Shown in pieces: positions 1-11,017 of a stretch of DNA of 64,000 nucleotides. This DNA is from Gemmatimonas sp. (GTDB taxonomy: Bacteria > Gemmatimonadota > Gemmatimonadetes > Gemmatimonadales > Gemmatimonadaceae), in assembly GCA_965279375.1 (NCBI GenBank), contig OZ257156.1, positions 4,704,001 through 4,768,000 on the forward strand. The letters run 5' to 3'. The notes under the pieces were generated by a model, which saw nothing but the letters and a program-made list of their open reading frames with translations, had not been told where the DNA came from and searched no databases. Position 1 is the stretch's first letter. The number at the start of each line of letters is the position of its first letter. The translations under genes were made by a program, and so were the position numbers.

Positions 1-1
1 C

Positions 2-889
2 GTACCGCACGGCGGCGCGCGGAGTCTCATCACGCGCCGCACAGGCACGCTCGGCGTGCTGCTCCCGGACCTGTATGGCGAGTTCTTCTCGGAGTTCATC
101 CGCGGCGTGGACCAAACGGCACAGCAGCATGGCTTTCACATGCTCGTCTCCAGCTCGCACAGCGATGCGCGCGAGATCGGCGCCGCAGTAGGCAACATGC
201 GCGGGCGCGTGGACGGATTCGTGGTGATGTCCCCCGATGGCGCGGCGCGAGCCGCCCTCGCCGGACTGGCTCGCAACTATCCAACGGTCATCGTCAGCGC
301 CGGCGAAGGAATTGGCCCCTTCTCGACGCTGTCCGTGGACAACTACCACGGCGCGGCCACGATGATGCGGCATCTGCTCTCGCTCGGCCACGAGCGCATC
401 ACGTTTATACGCGGTCCTCAGCGCAACTTCGAGGCGAACGATCGGCTGCGCGCCGTGCGCGATGTGGCGGCAAGCGATCCGCGCTGCACGTTGCTCGAGG
501 TGGCGGGCGACTTCCAGCAGACATCGGGCTACGACGCCGTACAACAGATACTGCAAGAGCCGCGCAGGCCGGATGCCATCTTCGCCGCCAACGACGCGAT
601 GGCGATCGGTGCGCTGAGCGCACTGCATGAAGCCGGCGTACGCGTGCCGGACGATGTGGCCGTCGTCGGCTTCGACGACACGCCAGTCACTCGCTTTCTC
701 TCTCCTCCGCTCACCACGGTGCATGTCCCGATCGCCGAACTCGGCGAGACGTGCACGCGCCGGCTGATCGACGCGCTGCGGGGCGGTCCTGCGCTCGTCG
801 AATACCACGAAGTGTTCCGCACCACCCTCGTTGTCCGCGCCAGCTGTGGCGCATCCCGCCGAGATCCCTCCAGGAGATTTGTGTCATGA
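2..889 (+). CDS. LacI-family transcriptional regulator (5' truncated by window edge)
   Basis: Frame open from base 2 (VPHGGARSLITRRTGTLGVLLP, hinge region). Ligand-domain motifs PDAIFAANDAMAIG, VPDDVAVVGFDD, PPLTTV, LVVRASCG. Stop overlaps next ATG (ATGA). Confidence 0.93.
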   Translation, partial: VPHGGARSLITRRTGTLGVLLPDLYGEFFSEFIRGVDQTAQQHGFHMLVSSSHSDAREIGAAVGNMRGRVDGFVVMSPDGAARAALAGLARNYPTVIVSAGEGIGPFSTLSVDNYHGAATMMRHLLSLGHERITFIRGPQRNFEANDRLRAVRDVAASDPRCTLLEVAGDFQQTSGYDAVQQILQEPRRPDAIFAANDAMAIGALSALHEAGVRVPDDVAVVGFDDTPVTRFLSPPLTTVHVPIAELGETCTRRLIDALRGGPALVEYHEVFRTTLVVRASCGASRRDPSRRFVS

Positions 890-3807
890 CTTCGCGTCCG
901 TGGTTTGGCCGACTGCAGCAGGCGGCGACGATCGCTGCCGCTGCCGTCGCTCTGCTCAGCGCCCCGTTTGTTCGACCGCTCGGTGCGCAAACATCGACCG
1001 CATCGATTCGTGGCTTCATCACGACCAAGGACGGCAACGCTGCCGCCGGCACCACCGTGATGGCCAAGAACACGGAAACCGGTGCCACCAGAGGCGCGAC
1101 GAGCAACGATCGCGGTTCGTATGCGCTGCTTGGTCTCGTGGCTGGCGAGTATGAGATCACGGCTCGTCGCGTCGGTCTCGCGCCGGTGACCAAGCGCCAG
1201 CGCGTGGCCATCGGGCAGACGGTGACGCTCGACTTCAAACTGGACGATGCGGCCGCCACGCTGCAGTCGGTGCAGGTGTCGGCGAGTGCGGTGGAGACGC
1301 GTACGTCGGAAGTGGCCACGAACGTGAGCCGAGAGCAGATCGAGAATCTGCCGTCGGTGGACCGCAACTTTCTGTCGCTCGCGCAGTTGGCGCCGGGCGT
1401 TCGCATCAGCGGCAACAACAACGGCTCCACGACCAAGAACTTCTCGGCCGGTGCGCAGCCGGCGCAGTACGTGAATGTGTTCATCGACGGTGCCTCGATG
1501 AAGAGCGATGTGCTCCCATCGGGTCTCTCCGGCCAGGATGCGAGCCGTGGCAACCCGTTCCCGCAGAATGCCGTGCAGGAGTTCCGCGTGATCACGCAGA
1601 ACTACAAGGCGGAATACCAGAAGGCGACGAGCGCGATCATCACGGCGACGACCAAGTCGGGCTCCAACAAGTGGCGCGGTGGCGTGTTCGGCTACGGCCA
1701 GGGCACCAACTTCACGGCGCTCGACACGTTCCAGCTCATTCAGAAGGGCGCGGCGAACTCGACGTTCCGCAAGGCATCGTTGGCGCGCTACATGGCTGGC
1801 GGGTCGCTCGGCGGCCCGCTGATCAAGGACAAGCTGTTCCTGTTCGCGTCGTACGAGTCGAACATGCAGGACCGACAGAATGCGGTCACGTTCGGCACGA
1901 TTCCGGCCAACCTTCCGGCAAGCGTCGCCTCGGAGTTCCGGGCGGCTGCGGGCACCTTTGGCTCACCGTTCCGTTCGCACTTGCTGTTCACCAAGCTGAC
2001 GCTCGCGCAGTCGGAAAAAACATCGTACGAGCTGTCGTACTCGCTCCGCAAGGAAACCGATGTGCGCAGCTTCGGCGGGCAGACGAGCTTCGGCGCGGCC
2101 GAAAACGTGCGCAATGGCCTGAACAACGTGAACGCGAAGCGCACGTACGCCAGCGGCGACCATCTGCACGAGACGCTCTTCAACTTCTCCAACGCGAAGT
2201 GGAATCCGTCGCCGGAAGATGATGGCACGGTGGGTCGCACGTACTCGGGCATCGGCCGCCTCGGCGGGCGCGACACGTACCAGAGCTTTGTGCAGGACCG
2301 TTACTCGCTGCGTCACGACTACACGTACACTGGCCTCGACGCCGGTGGGTCGCACGTGATCAAGATGGGCGGCAATCTCGACTACCTGAACTACAGCGCC
2401 ACCAAGTACTTCAACGGCAACCCGCTCTACACGTTCCGCACCAACGAGAACTTCCTGTTCCCATTCCAGGCGGCGTACGGCAAGGGCGACCCGAAGATCG
2501 CACGCCCGAACACGCAGGTGGGCCTCTATGCGCAGGACGACTTCACCCCGTTCGCGCGACTGACGCTCAACCTGGGCGTGCGGTGGGACATGGAGTCGAA
2601 CATGTTCGACAACGAGTACGTGACGCCGGCCAACGTGCGTGCCGAAGCCGCGCCGTTCAACCTGCCGTCGTCCTACTTCTCCGATGGTACGCAGCGCAAG
2701 CCGTTCCTCGGTGCCGTGCAGCCGCGCGTCGGCTTCTCGTATGCGATCAACGAGTCGCAGAAGACAACGGTGTTTGGCGGCTGGGGGCTGTTCTACGATC
2801 GCAACAACTTCAACAACGCGCTCGACGAACGCTTCCGCCTGCAGTTCGCCGTGGGCACGTTCCGCTTCTCCACCGACGGCGCGCCGCGCGACGGCCAGCC
2901 GACGGTGATCTGGCAGCCCAAGTACCTGACCAAGGCTGGCCTCGATGAATTGCTGGCTCTCGGCACGACCGGCAAGCCGGAAGCGTTCCTGATCAACAAC
3001 AACACCCGTCCGCCCAGCGCGCAGCACTTCAACATTGGCGTGAGCCAGAAGCTCGGCTCCTGGCTCGTGTCGGCGACGTATATGGGCAACCAGAGCACCA
3101 ACGGATTCACCTTCGTGCGTGCCAATCGCCGCCCGGATGGATCGTGCTGCGTGGCGCTGGCCAGCTTCGCCAACCTGTTCATGTCGTCGAACGATCCGAA
3201 AACGTGGTACAACGGTGGCGCGCTACGCGTGGATCGTCCGTATCGCAATGGCGGCGCCGACAAGTGGAACTGGGGCTTCGGCATGACGTACACGTTGCAG
3301 GAAGCCGAGCGCATCGGCGGCGACCTCTTCTCGCTCGACTATCGCAAGGTCACAGACTATCCGCGCACGCCGTCCGCCAACGATCAGCAGAACACGGTCG
3401 TGAGCAACTGGATCCTGAACATCCCGGTGTTCGGCGGCGTACAGTGGTCCGGCCTTGTGAATCTGAGCTCCGGCGCCCGCTACACGATCAACGACCAGTC
3501 GGCGGGATCGGCGGTTGACCTGCAGAAGCTGCAGCTCGCTGCGGGACGTCCGCCGGTCGAGAGCTTCCTTGGCATCAAGGCGTTCGGCTATCGCAACGTG
3601 GACATGCGCTTCCGCAAGGATGTGCCGTTCCGCAACACGCGTGTCGGCCTGGTGGGCGATCTGTTCAACGTCTTCAACTTCCAGAACCTCGGCTGCTTCA
3701 ACGGCTTCATCCCGACCAAGCCGGCGACCAATGCCAACTTCGGCAAGGCGGGTTGCGTCGTGACCGATCCGCGTCGTGTGCAGGTTGGCATCGTGTATGA
3801 CTTCTAG
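886..3807 (+). CDS. TonB-dependent receptor (Oar-like, N-terminal carboxypeptidase-regulatory-like domain)
   Basis: Signal peptide, plug motifs (LPSVDRNFLSLAQLAPGV; AVQEFRVITQNYKAEY), barrel motif LTLNLGVRWD, C-terminal YDF. Start set at the ATGA overlap. Confidence 0.9.
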   Translation: MTSRPWFGRLQQAATIAAAAVALLSAPFVRPLGAQTSTASIRGFITTKDGNAAAGTTVMAKNTETGATRGATSNDRGSYALLGLVAGEYEITARRVGLAPVTKRQRVAIGQTVTLDFKLDDAAATLQSVQVSASAVETRTSEVATNVSREQIENLPSVDRNFLSLAQLAPGVRISGNNNGSTTKNFSAGAQPAQYVNVFIDGASMKSDVLPSGLSGQDASRGNPFPQNAVQEFRVITQNYKAEYQKATSAIITATTKSGSNKWRGGVFGYGQGTNFTALDTFQLIQKGAANSTFRKASLARYMAGGSLGGPLIKDKLFLFASYESNMQDRQNAVTFGTIPANLPASVASEFRAAAGTFGSPFRSHLLFTKLTLAQSEKTSYELSYSLRKETDVRSFGGQTSFGAAENVRNGLNNVNAKRTYASGDHLHETLFNFSNAKWNPSPEDDGTVGRTYSGIGRLGGRDTYQSFVQDRYSLRHDYTYTGLDAGGSHVIKMGGNLDYLNYSATKYFNGNPLYTFRTNENFLFPFQAAYGKGDPKIARPNTQVGLYAQDDFTPFARLTLNLGVRWDMESNMFDNEYVTPANVRAEAAPFNLPSSYFSDGTQRKPFLGAVQPRVGFSYAINESQKTTVFGGWGLFYDRNNFNNALDERFRLQFAVGTFRFSTDGAPRDGQPTVIWQPKYLTKAGLDELLALGTTGKPEAFLINNNTRPPSAQHFNIGVSQKLGSWLVSATYMGNQSTNGFTFVRANRRPDGSCCVALASFANLFMSSNDPKTWYNGGALRVDRPYRNGGADKWNWGFGMTYTLQEAERIGGDLFSLDYRKVTDYPRTPSANDQQNTVVSNWILNIPVFGGVQWSGLVNLSSGARYTINDQSAGSAVDLQKLQLAAGRPPVESFLGIKAFGYRNVDMRFRKDVPFRNTRVGLVGDLFNVFNFQNLGCFNGFIPTKPATNANFGKAGCVVTDPRRVQVGIVYDF

Positions 3808-3821
3808 TTCGTCCATGCTGC

Positions 3822-3847
3822 GCCGGGGAGCCTTCGGGCTTCCCGGC
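3822..3847 (+). promoter_or_regulatory. Intra-operon stem-loop with UUCG loop after the receptor gene
   Basis: GCCGGGGAGCC-TTCG-GGCTTCCCGGC with no U-tract. Probably an mRNA-stabilising or attenuating hairpin. Confidence 0.6.
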
Positions 3848-3877
3848 CAGTGTGTGTCCCGCGGTGCGGGAGGCGTA

Positions 3878-5329
3878 ATGCGACTGCAAGCGCGTGCGCT
3901 CGGCCTGCTTGCGCTCATGACGCTCGGGGCCTGCAGCGCGCGCACGATCACAGCGCCGGCGCCGGTTACCACTGTCGCCTTCAAGCCCACCGAACGACAG
4001 GCCGCGCTGCTCGATACCATCGCCGAGCGCACGTTCCGATGGTTCTGGGAAACGACGGATGCGCGTACAGGGCTCACGCCAGATCGGTGGCCCAAGCAGG
4101 ACTTCTCGTCGGTGGCCGCGATCGGATTCGGATTGACCGCGTATCCCATTGGCGCCGAACGCGGGTGGATCACGCGGGCGCAGGCGGCTGAACGGACGCT
4201 GACGACGCTGCGCTACATGTGGCAGTTGCCGCAGGGCGCGGCGACGAGCGGTGTGGGCGGGCACCAGGGGTTCTTCTATCATTTTCTCGAGTACAACACC
4301 GGGCATCGCTTCAAGACGGTGGAGCTCTCGACGATCGACACGTCGCTGTTGCTGGGCGGCGCGCTCTTCTGCCAGTCGTATTTCACCGGAACGAGCGCGA
4401 CGGAAGTGTCGATTCGCGCGTATGCTGATTCGATCTATCGCCGAGTGGATTGGCCGTGGGCGATCGCGCGGTCGCCGGCGCTGTCGATGGGGTGGCATCC
4501 GGAGCGCGGATTCATCAACGCGGACTGGAAGGGCTACAACGAAGGGATCATCGCGATCGTACTGGGCTTGGGTTCGCCGACGCATCCGCTGCCGGCGTCC
4601 TCGTGGGATGCGTGGACAAGCACGTACGCGTATGGCGAGTTCATGGGACAGACGCATCTCGGCTTCGCGCCGCTCTTTGGTCATCAGTATTCGCATGTGT
4701 GGATCGACTTCCGCGGCATTCGCGACAGCTACATGGCCGCGCGCGGACTCGACTACTTCGAGAACTCGCGTCGGGCGACACTCGCGCAGCGTGCGTATGC
4801 GATGCAGAACCCGATGCAGTGGCGCGGCTACGACGCCGACGTGTGGGGGCTGACGGCGTCGGACGGTCCGCTCAACGGCACGGCGACCATCGACGGTGTG
4901 TCTCGCACGTTTCACACGTACTGGGCGCGCGGTGTGGCCGCGGGCGACCGTCGTGATGACGGAACGATCGCGCCAACGGCCGCACTGGCGAGCATCGCCT
5001 TTGCACCGGAGATCGTCGCGCCGGCGGCCGTCGCATTGCGCGAGCGCTTTGGCGGCATCGCCTTTGGTGCGTACGGGTTTTTCGACGCGTTCAATCCCAC
5101 GCTGCGCGACGCGTCGGTGAAGATTCAGGCGGGGCGCATCGACCCGCAGCACGGCTGGGTGGACGGCGATTATCTTGGCATCGATCAAGGCCCGATCGTG
5201 GCGATGCTCGAGAATTGGCGCTCGGAGTTGGTGTGGAAGACGATGCGGACGAATCCGTACATCGTGCGCGGCTTGCGTCGCGCCGGATTCAAGGGCGGGT
5301 GGCTCGACGCGGCACCAGCCACGCCGTGA
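3878..5329 (+). CDS. GH144-like ('glucoamylase family') endo-beta-1,2-glucanase, lipoprotein
   Basis: Lipobox LGAC. Motifs SSVAAIGFGLTA, GFFYHFL, ELSTIDT, GYNEG, PLFGHQYSH, WGLTASDGP, DGTIAPTA, YLGIDQGP. Confidence 0.82.
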   Translation: MRLQARALGLLALMTLGACSARTITAPAPVTTVAFKPTERQAALLDTIAERTFRWFWETTDARTGLTPDRWPKQDFSSVAAIGFGLTAYPIGAERGWITRAQAAERTLTTLRYMWQLPQGAATSGVGGHQGFFYHFLEYNTGHRFKTVELSTIDTSLLLGGALFCQSYFTGTSATEVSIRAYADSIYRRVDWPWAIARSPALSMGWHPERGFINADWKGYNEGIIAIVLGLGSPTHPLPASSWDAWTSTYAYGEFMGQTHLGFAPLFGHQYSHVWIDFRGIRDSYMAARGLDYFENSRRATLAQRAYAMQNPMQWRGYDADVWGLTASDGPLNGTATIDGVSRTFHTYWARGVAAGDRRDDGTIAPTAALASIAFAPEIVAPAAVALRERFGGIAFGAYGFFDAFNPTLRDASVKIQAGRIDPQHGWVDGDYLGIDQGPIVAMLENWRSELVWKTMRTNPYIVRGLRRAGFKGGWLDAAPATP

Positions 5330-6633
5330 CTGCGCTGCGCCGCGCGACGGTTGTTGCGCGGACTCGAGCCGTCGCCTGTGTCCGCGTGGTCGCGCTCGTG
5401 GGGGCAATGGTCGGCTGTGCAGCCGAGCCGGCCACGCAGGAGCTCCGCTTCTGGGCGTTGGGGCGCGAGGGTGAAGTCGCGAAAGAGATGCTGGTCGCGT
5501 TTGAGCGCGAGAATCCCGGCATCAAGGTGCGCGTGCAGCAGATTCCGTGGAGCGCCGCGCACGAAAAGCTGCTGACCGCGCACGTGGGCGACGTGACGCC
5601 CGATGTCGCGCAGCTCGGGAATACCTGGATTCCGGAGTTTGTGGCGCTGCATGCGCTCGAACCGCTGGATGCTCGCAGCACACAGTCGTCCGTAGCCAAT
5701 GCGCGCGAGTTCTTTCCGGGCATCTGGGCCACCAACGTGCTCGCCGATACCGCGTGGGGGATTCCGTGGTACGTGGACACGCGGCTGCTGTTCTATCGCA
5801 CCGACCTGCTCAAGCGCGCGGGCGTCAACACGGTCCCCACGACATGGGACGGCTGGCGTGAGGCAATGCAGAAAGTGCGCACCACGCAGCCCGGCACGTT
5901 CGGCGCGTACTTGCCCACGAACGAGTGGAACGTCCCCGTCATACTCGGATTGCAGGCGGGATCGTCGTTGCTTGGTGACGCGGATACACGCGGCGCCTTC
6001 AGCGAGCCGGCATTTCGGCGCGCCTTCACGTACTTCACCGACTTCTATCGCGATAGTCTGGCGCCGCCCTTCGGCAGCAACGACATCGCCAACGTCTATC
6101 AGGAGTTCGCGCGCGGTCGCTTTGTGTTCTACGTGTCGGGACCATGGCAGATCGGCGAGTTTTCGCGACGACTCCCTCCGGAGCTCAAGAATGCGTGGGC
6201 CACCGCGCCGATGCCCGGCCCGGATGCGAACACGCCGGGCATGTCGCTCGCTGGCGGTTCGAGCCTCGTCGTCTTTCGTCGATCGACGCAGAAGGACGCG
6301 GCGTGGAAGCTCATCGAGTTTCTCTCGCGTACCGAACAGCAGAAGCAGTTCTACGAGTTGACCGGCGACCTGCCGTCGCGGCCGGCTACCTGGCGGGAGT
6401 CGCAACTCGCCGATGCGCCGTTGACGCGCGCGTTCTATGAGCAGCTGCTGCGCGTTCAGCCAACGCCCAAGATTCCCGAGTGGGAGTTGATCGCCACGCG
6501 CGTGTTCGAGCGTGTAGAGTCGGTGGTGCGCGGTGGCATGACGGTGGATGCAGCATTGGCGGCACTCGATCGCGATGTGAACGGCATCCTCGACAAGCGC
6601 CGCTGGCTCGTCACGCGGGAACGTACCAAGTGA
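5326..6633 (+). CDS. Sugar ABC transporter substrate-binding lipoprotein
   Basis: GTGA overlap start, lipobox MVGC, motifs PDVAQLGNTW, IPWYVDTRLLFYRTDLL, AAWKLIEFL. Confidence 0.9.
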   Translation: MTALRRATVVARTRAVACVRVVALVGAMVGCAAEPATQELRFWALGREGEVAKEMLVAFERENPGIKVRVQQIPWSAAHEKLLTAHVGDVTPDVAQLGNTWIPEFVALHALEPLDARSTQSSVANAREFFPGIWATNVLADTAWGIPWYVDTRLLFYRTDLLKRAGVNTVPTTWDGWREAMQKVRTTQPGTFGAYLPTNEWNVPVILGLQAGSSLLGDADTRGAFSEPAFRRAFTYFTDFYRDSLAPPFGSNDIANVYQEFARGRFVFYVSGPWQIGEFSRRLPPELKNAWATAPMPGPDANTPGMSLAGGSSLVVFRRSTQKDAAWKLIEFLSRTEQQKQFYELTGDLPSRPATWRESQLADAPLTRAFYEQLLRVQPTPKIPEWELIATRVFERVESVVRGGMTVDAALAALDRDVNGILDKRRWLVTRERTK

Positions 6634-7514
6634 GCCGCCCGGCTGAAGCGCGCGCGGCATGGACGCTGCTCGCGCCATCGTTGGCGCTGATCGGGCTCTT
6701 CTTCGTGGTGCCGGTAGGCGCCGCGTTCCTGCTCGGCTTCACCGACTTCGACATCTACGCGATCGCCGATCTCGGCACGGTACGCGTGGTCGGACTCGGC
6801 AACTACATCGCACTGTCGCAGCATCCGCTCTTCTGGCAAGCGCTGCGCAACACGGCGGCATTTGCGCTGATTGGCGGGCCACTGTCCATCGCCGTCTCGC
6901 TGGCGGCGGCGCTGCTGGTCAACGCCAAGTCGACACGGTTCAAGCCGTTCTTCCGCAGCGTGCTCTTCATGCCGTTCGTGACGACGCTCGTCGCCGTGGC
7001 GATCGTCTGGCGGTACCTGTACCACCCGCAGTACGGCGTCTTCAACTGGCTGCTGTCGTTGGTGGGCATTGCGCCGCTGGACTGGCTCGGGAATCCATCG
7101 CTCGCGATGCCGGCGATCATTCTGATGACGGTGTGGAAGAGCTTCGGCTACAACATGCTCGTGTTCATCGCCGGACTGCAGGGCATTCCGGAAGAGCTGT
7201 ACGAGGCCGCCCGACTCGATGGAGCGGGACCATGGCAGCAGTTCCGGCATGTCACCATGCCGATGCTGCGCCCGACGCTGTTCTTCGTCACCGTCATCAC
7301 ACTCGTCGGCTTCTTCCAGCTCTTCGCCGAGCCGTACGTGATGACGCAGGGTGGGCCGCTGCGCGCCACAACGAGCCTGGTGCTGCTGATGTATGAGGAA
7401 GGGTTCCGCTGGTGGCGCATGGGCAACGCGGCGGCGATCGCCGTCGTGCTGTTTGTCATCATCTTGCTCTTCACCGTTCTGCAGAAGCGGTTGCAGCGGG
7501 AGACGATCTCGTGA
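6630..7514 (+). CDS. Carbohydrate ABC transporter permease (MalF/UgpA-like)
   Basis: Multiple TM segments, EAA motif LYEAARLDGA, GTGA overlap start. Confidence 0.93.
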   Translation: MSRPAEARAAWTLLAPSLALIGLFFVVPVGAAFLLGFTDFDIYAIADLGTVRVVGLGNYIALSQHPLFWQALRNTAAFALIGGPLSIAVSLAAALLVNAKSTRFKPFFRSVLFMPFVTTLVAVAIVWRYLYHPQYGVFNWLLSLVGIAPLDWLGNPSLAMPAIILMTVWKSFGYNMLVFIAGLQGIPEELYEAARLDGAGPWQQFRHVTMPMLRPTLFFVTVITLVGFFQLFAEPYVMTQGGPLRATTSLVLLMYEEGFRWWRMGNAAAIAVVLFVIILLFTVLQKRLQRETIS

Positions 7515-8329
7515 CGCGACTGCGCAGTGTCCTGCTGCACGTGCTACTGGCTGCGGCGGCGTTCTTCGCGCTGGCGCCGATGTTGTGGATGCTGTCGGCG
7601 TCGTTCATGCCGACGGGCAGCGCCAACACATTCCCTCCCCCGCTGCTGCCGAGGGCGCCGACACTCGACCACTATCGCACCTTGTTTGGACAGGGTGCGA
7701 TCGGGCGCTATTTGCTCAACAGCCTGATCGTCGCGACCGGCGCGACGCTGTTGTCGGTGCTGATCAACTCGATGGCGGGCTACGCGTTGGCCAAACTGCG
7801 TTTCCGTGCGCGCGATGGCGTGCTGCGTGCGATGTCGGCGGCGCTGCTCATCCCCACGCAGGTGACTATGCTGCCGCTCTTTCTGCTGCTCAAGCAGATG
7901 GGGCTGGTGAACAGTTACTGGGGCGCGATCATTCCGGCGGTCGGCACGATCTTCGGCATCTTTCTCGTGCGGCAGTACACACTCGGCATCCCCGACGATC
8001 TGCTGGACGCGGCGCGCATGGATGGCGCCGGCGAATTCCGGATCTACTGGAGCATCGTGCTGCCGGTCATTCGGCCGATTCTCGCCACGCTGGCCATCTG
8101 GACCTTCCTGGCCTCGTGGAACGACTTCCTGTGGCCGCTGGTCGTGCTCACGGACGATGCACGCTACACGCTGCCGGTCGCACTAGCCAATCTCTCGGGC
8201 GAACACGTGCAGGACGTGGAACTGATGATGGCTGGTTCCGTGCTCACCGTCCTGCCCGTGATTGTCGTGTTTCTGCTGCTGCAGCGCTCTTACGTGCAGG
8301 GCGTCATGCAGGGGAGTGTGAAGGGATGA
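7511..8329 (+). CDS. Carbohydrate ABC transporter permease (MalG/UgpE-like)
   Basis: EAA motif LLDAARMDGA, WNDFLWPL, C-terminal GSVKG, GTGA overlap start. Confidence 0.93.
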   Translation: MTRLRSVLLHVLLAAAAFFALAPMLWMLSASFMPTGSANTFPPPLLPRAPTLDHYRTLFGQGAIGRYLLNSLIVATGATLLSVLINSMAGYALAKLRFRARDGVLRAMSAALLIPTQVTMLPLFLLLKQMGLVNSYWGAIIPAVGTIFGIFLVRQYTLGIPDDLLDAARMDGAGEFRIYWSIVLPVIRPILATLAIWTFLASWNDFLWPLVVLTDDARYTLPVALANLSGEHVQDVELMMAGSVLTVLPVIVVFLLLQRSYVQGVMQGSVKG

Positions 8330-9701
8330 AAAGCGGCTCCGCGAGGATTTCGCCGTGAGAACGAATGACGGCCTTGTAGAAGTGTGCGCTGTCCTTGGGC
8401 GTGCGCTCGAGCGTTTCGTAGTCTACGTGCACGATGCCAAAGCGCTTGCTGTAGCCGAGGCTCCACTCGTAGTTGTCGAGCAGCGACCAGGCGAAGTAGC
8501 CGCGCAGGTCCACGCCGGCGCTGATGGCGTTGTGAATCGCGCGCAGATGGTCGTACAGATAGTGCACGCGCAGCGGATCCTGCACGCGTCCCTGATGTGC
8601 CTTGGGCGCATCGTAGAACGCCGCGCCGTTCTCCGTGATGTAAAGCGGCAGCGATCCATACCGGTTCTTCACCCAGAGCAGCAGGTTGGTGAGAGACTCG
8701 GGGTGCACTTCCCAGCCCACATCGGTGTACGTGTGCGTCGGCTGTCGCACCGTCGCCGCGCGCACGGGCAATGCGGTGGGTTCGTCACGCGTGACCGCAC
8801 GCGTGTAGTAGTTGATGCCCAGAAAGTCGATCGGCTGGGCGATGAGCTCGAGTGCATCGTCAGCGTGGTCGGGCCAGGCCTGCCCGAAGATCTCGCGCAA
8901 CTCCTCAGGCCACTGCTTGAGGAAGACGGGATCGAGGTACTGCCGATTCATGTAGGCATCGGCGCGCTTGGTGGCCGCGAGATCCGCCGGGCTGTCGGTT
9001 GCGGCGTCCTTGGGCTCGAGATTCACAACGAGTCCGATCTTGCCATCGTATCCGCCCGCACGATACGCCTTCACCGCCGAGCCGTGCGCGCGCATGAGGT
9101 TGATGCTGGCGAGTGGCGCTTCGAAGAGATTGCGATGTCCCGGTGCAAGTGCGCCGTGCAGATAGCCGCCGTCAGTCACGACCCACGGTTCGTTGAGCGT
9201 CGCCCACATCTTGACGCGATCGCCCAAAGCATCGAAGCAGACCGTGGCGTATTCGGTGAACCAGTCGGCGATGTCGGGGTTGAGCCAACCGCCGCGATCG
9301 TCGAGTGCGGTGGGCAAGTCCCAGTGAAAGAGCGTGGCGTTGGGCGTGATGTTGTTGGCAAGCAGGCCGTCGACCAATCGATCGTAGAACGCAATGCCAC
9401 CGGGGTTCTTGGTGCCTGTGCCCTGCGGCAGAATGCGGCTCCACGCGATGCTGAAGCGGTACGCCGACAGGCCAAGCGACGCCATCAGCGCCACATCGTC
9501 CGCCCAGCGACCGTAGTGATCGCACGCGATCGCGCCCGACTCCCCGTTGACGGTGCGCCCGGGCGAATTGGCAAAGCGATGCCAGATGTTTGGCCCAGCG
9601 CCATCGGCATGCGGCTGACCTTCGATCTGGTAGGCCGAGGTCGCCGCGCCCCACAGGAACTGTTCGGGAAAACGCAAGGAATCACGCATCGTGTCACGCA
9701 T
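8304..9701 (-). CDS. GH1 beta-glucosidase
   Basis: FLWGAATSAYQIEG, TLNEP (acid/base), YITENG (nucleophile), WSLLDNYEW. Start is 9701 or 9689. Confidence 0.95.
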   Translation of the reverse strand: MRDTMRDSLRFPEQFLWGAATSAYQIEGQPHADGAGPNIWHRFANSPGRTVNGESGAIACDHYGRWADDVALMASLGLSAYRFSIAWSRILPQGTGTKNPGGIAFYDRLVDGLLANNITPNATLFHWDLPTALDDRGGWLNPDIADWFTEYATVCFDALGDRVKMWATLNEPWVVTDGGYLHGALAPGHRNLFEAPLASINLMRAHGSAVKAYRAGGYDGKIGLVVNLEPKDAATDSPADLAATKRADAYMNRQYLDPVFLKQWPEELREIFGQAWPDHADDALELIAQPIDFLGINYYTRAVTRDEPTALPVRAATVRQPTHTYTDVGWEVHPESLTNLLLWVKNRYGSLPLYITENGAAFYDAPKAHQGRVQDPLRVHYLYDHLRAIHNAISAGVDLRGYFAWSLLDNYEWSLGYSKRFGIVHVDYETLERTPKDSAHFYKAVIRSHGEILAEPLFIPSHSPA

Positions 9702-9718
9702 GTCGATGGAGAGATGAG

Positions 9719-10888
<1,170 letters not shown>

Positions 10889-11017
10889 GTGTGCACAACG
10901 CATGGTGCATCGAGAGTCGTGTTACATCAAGCGTTACATGCCGCCTTCCAGCGCGCATGAAGTTTTCGGGTCCCGACAGCGGTAGATCTCGTCTTTTCCC
11001 CTTTTCCTGCACCTGCC

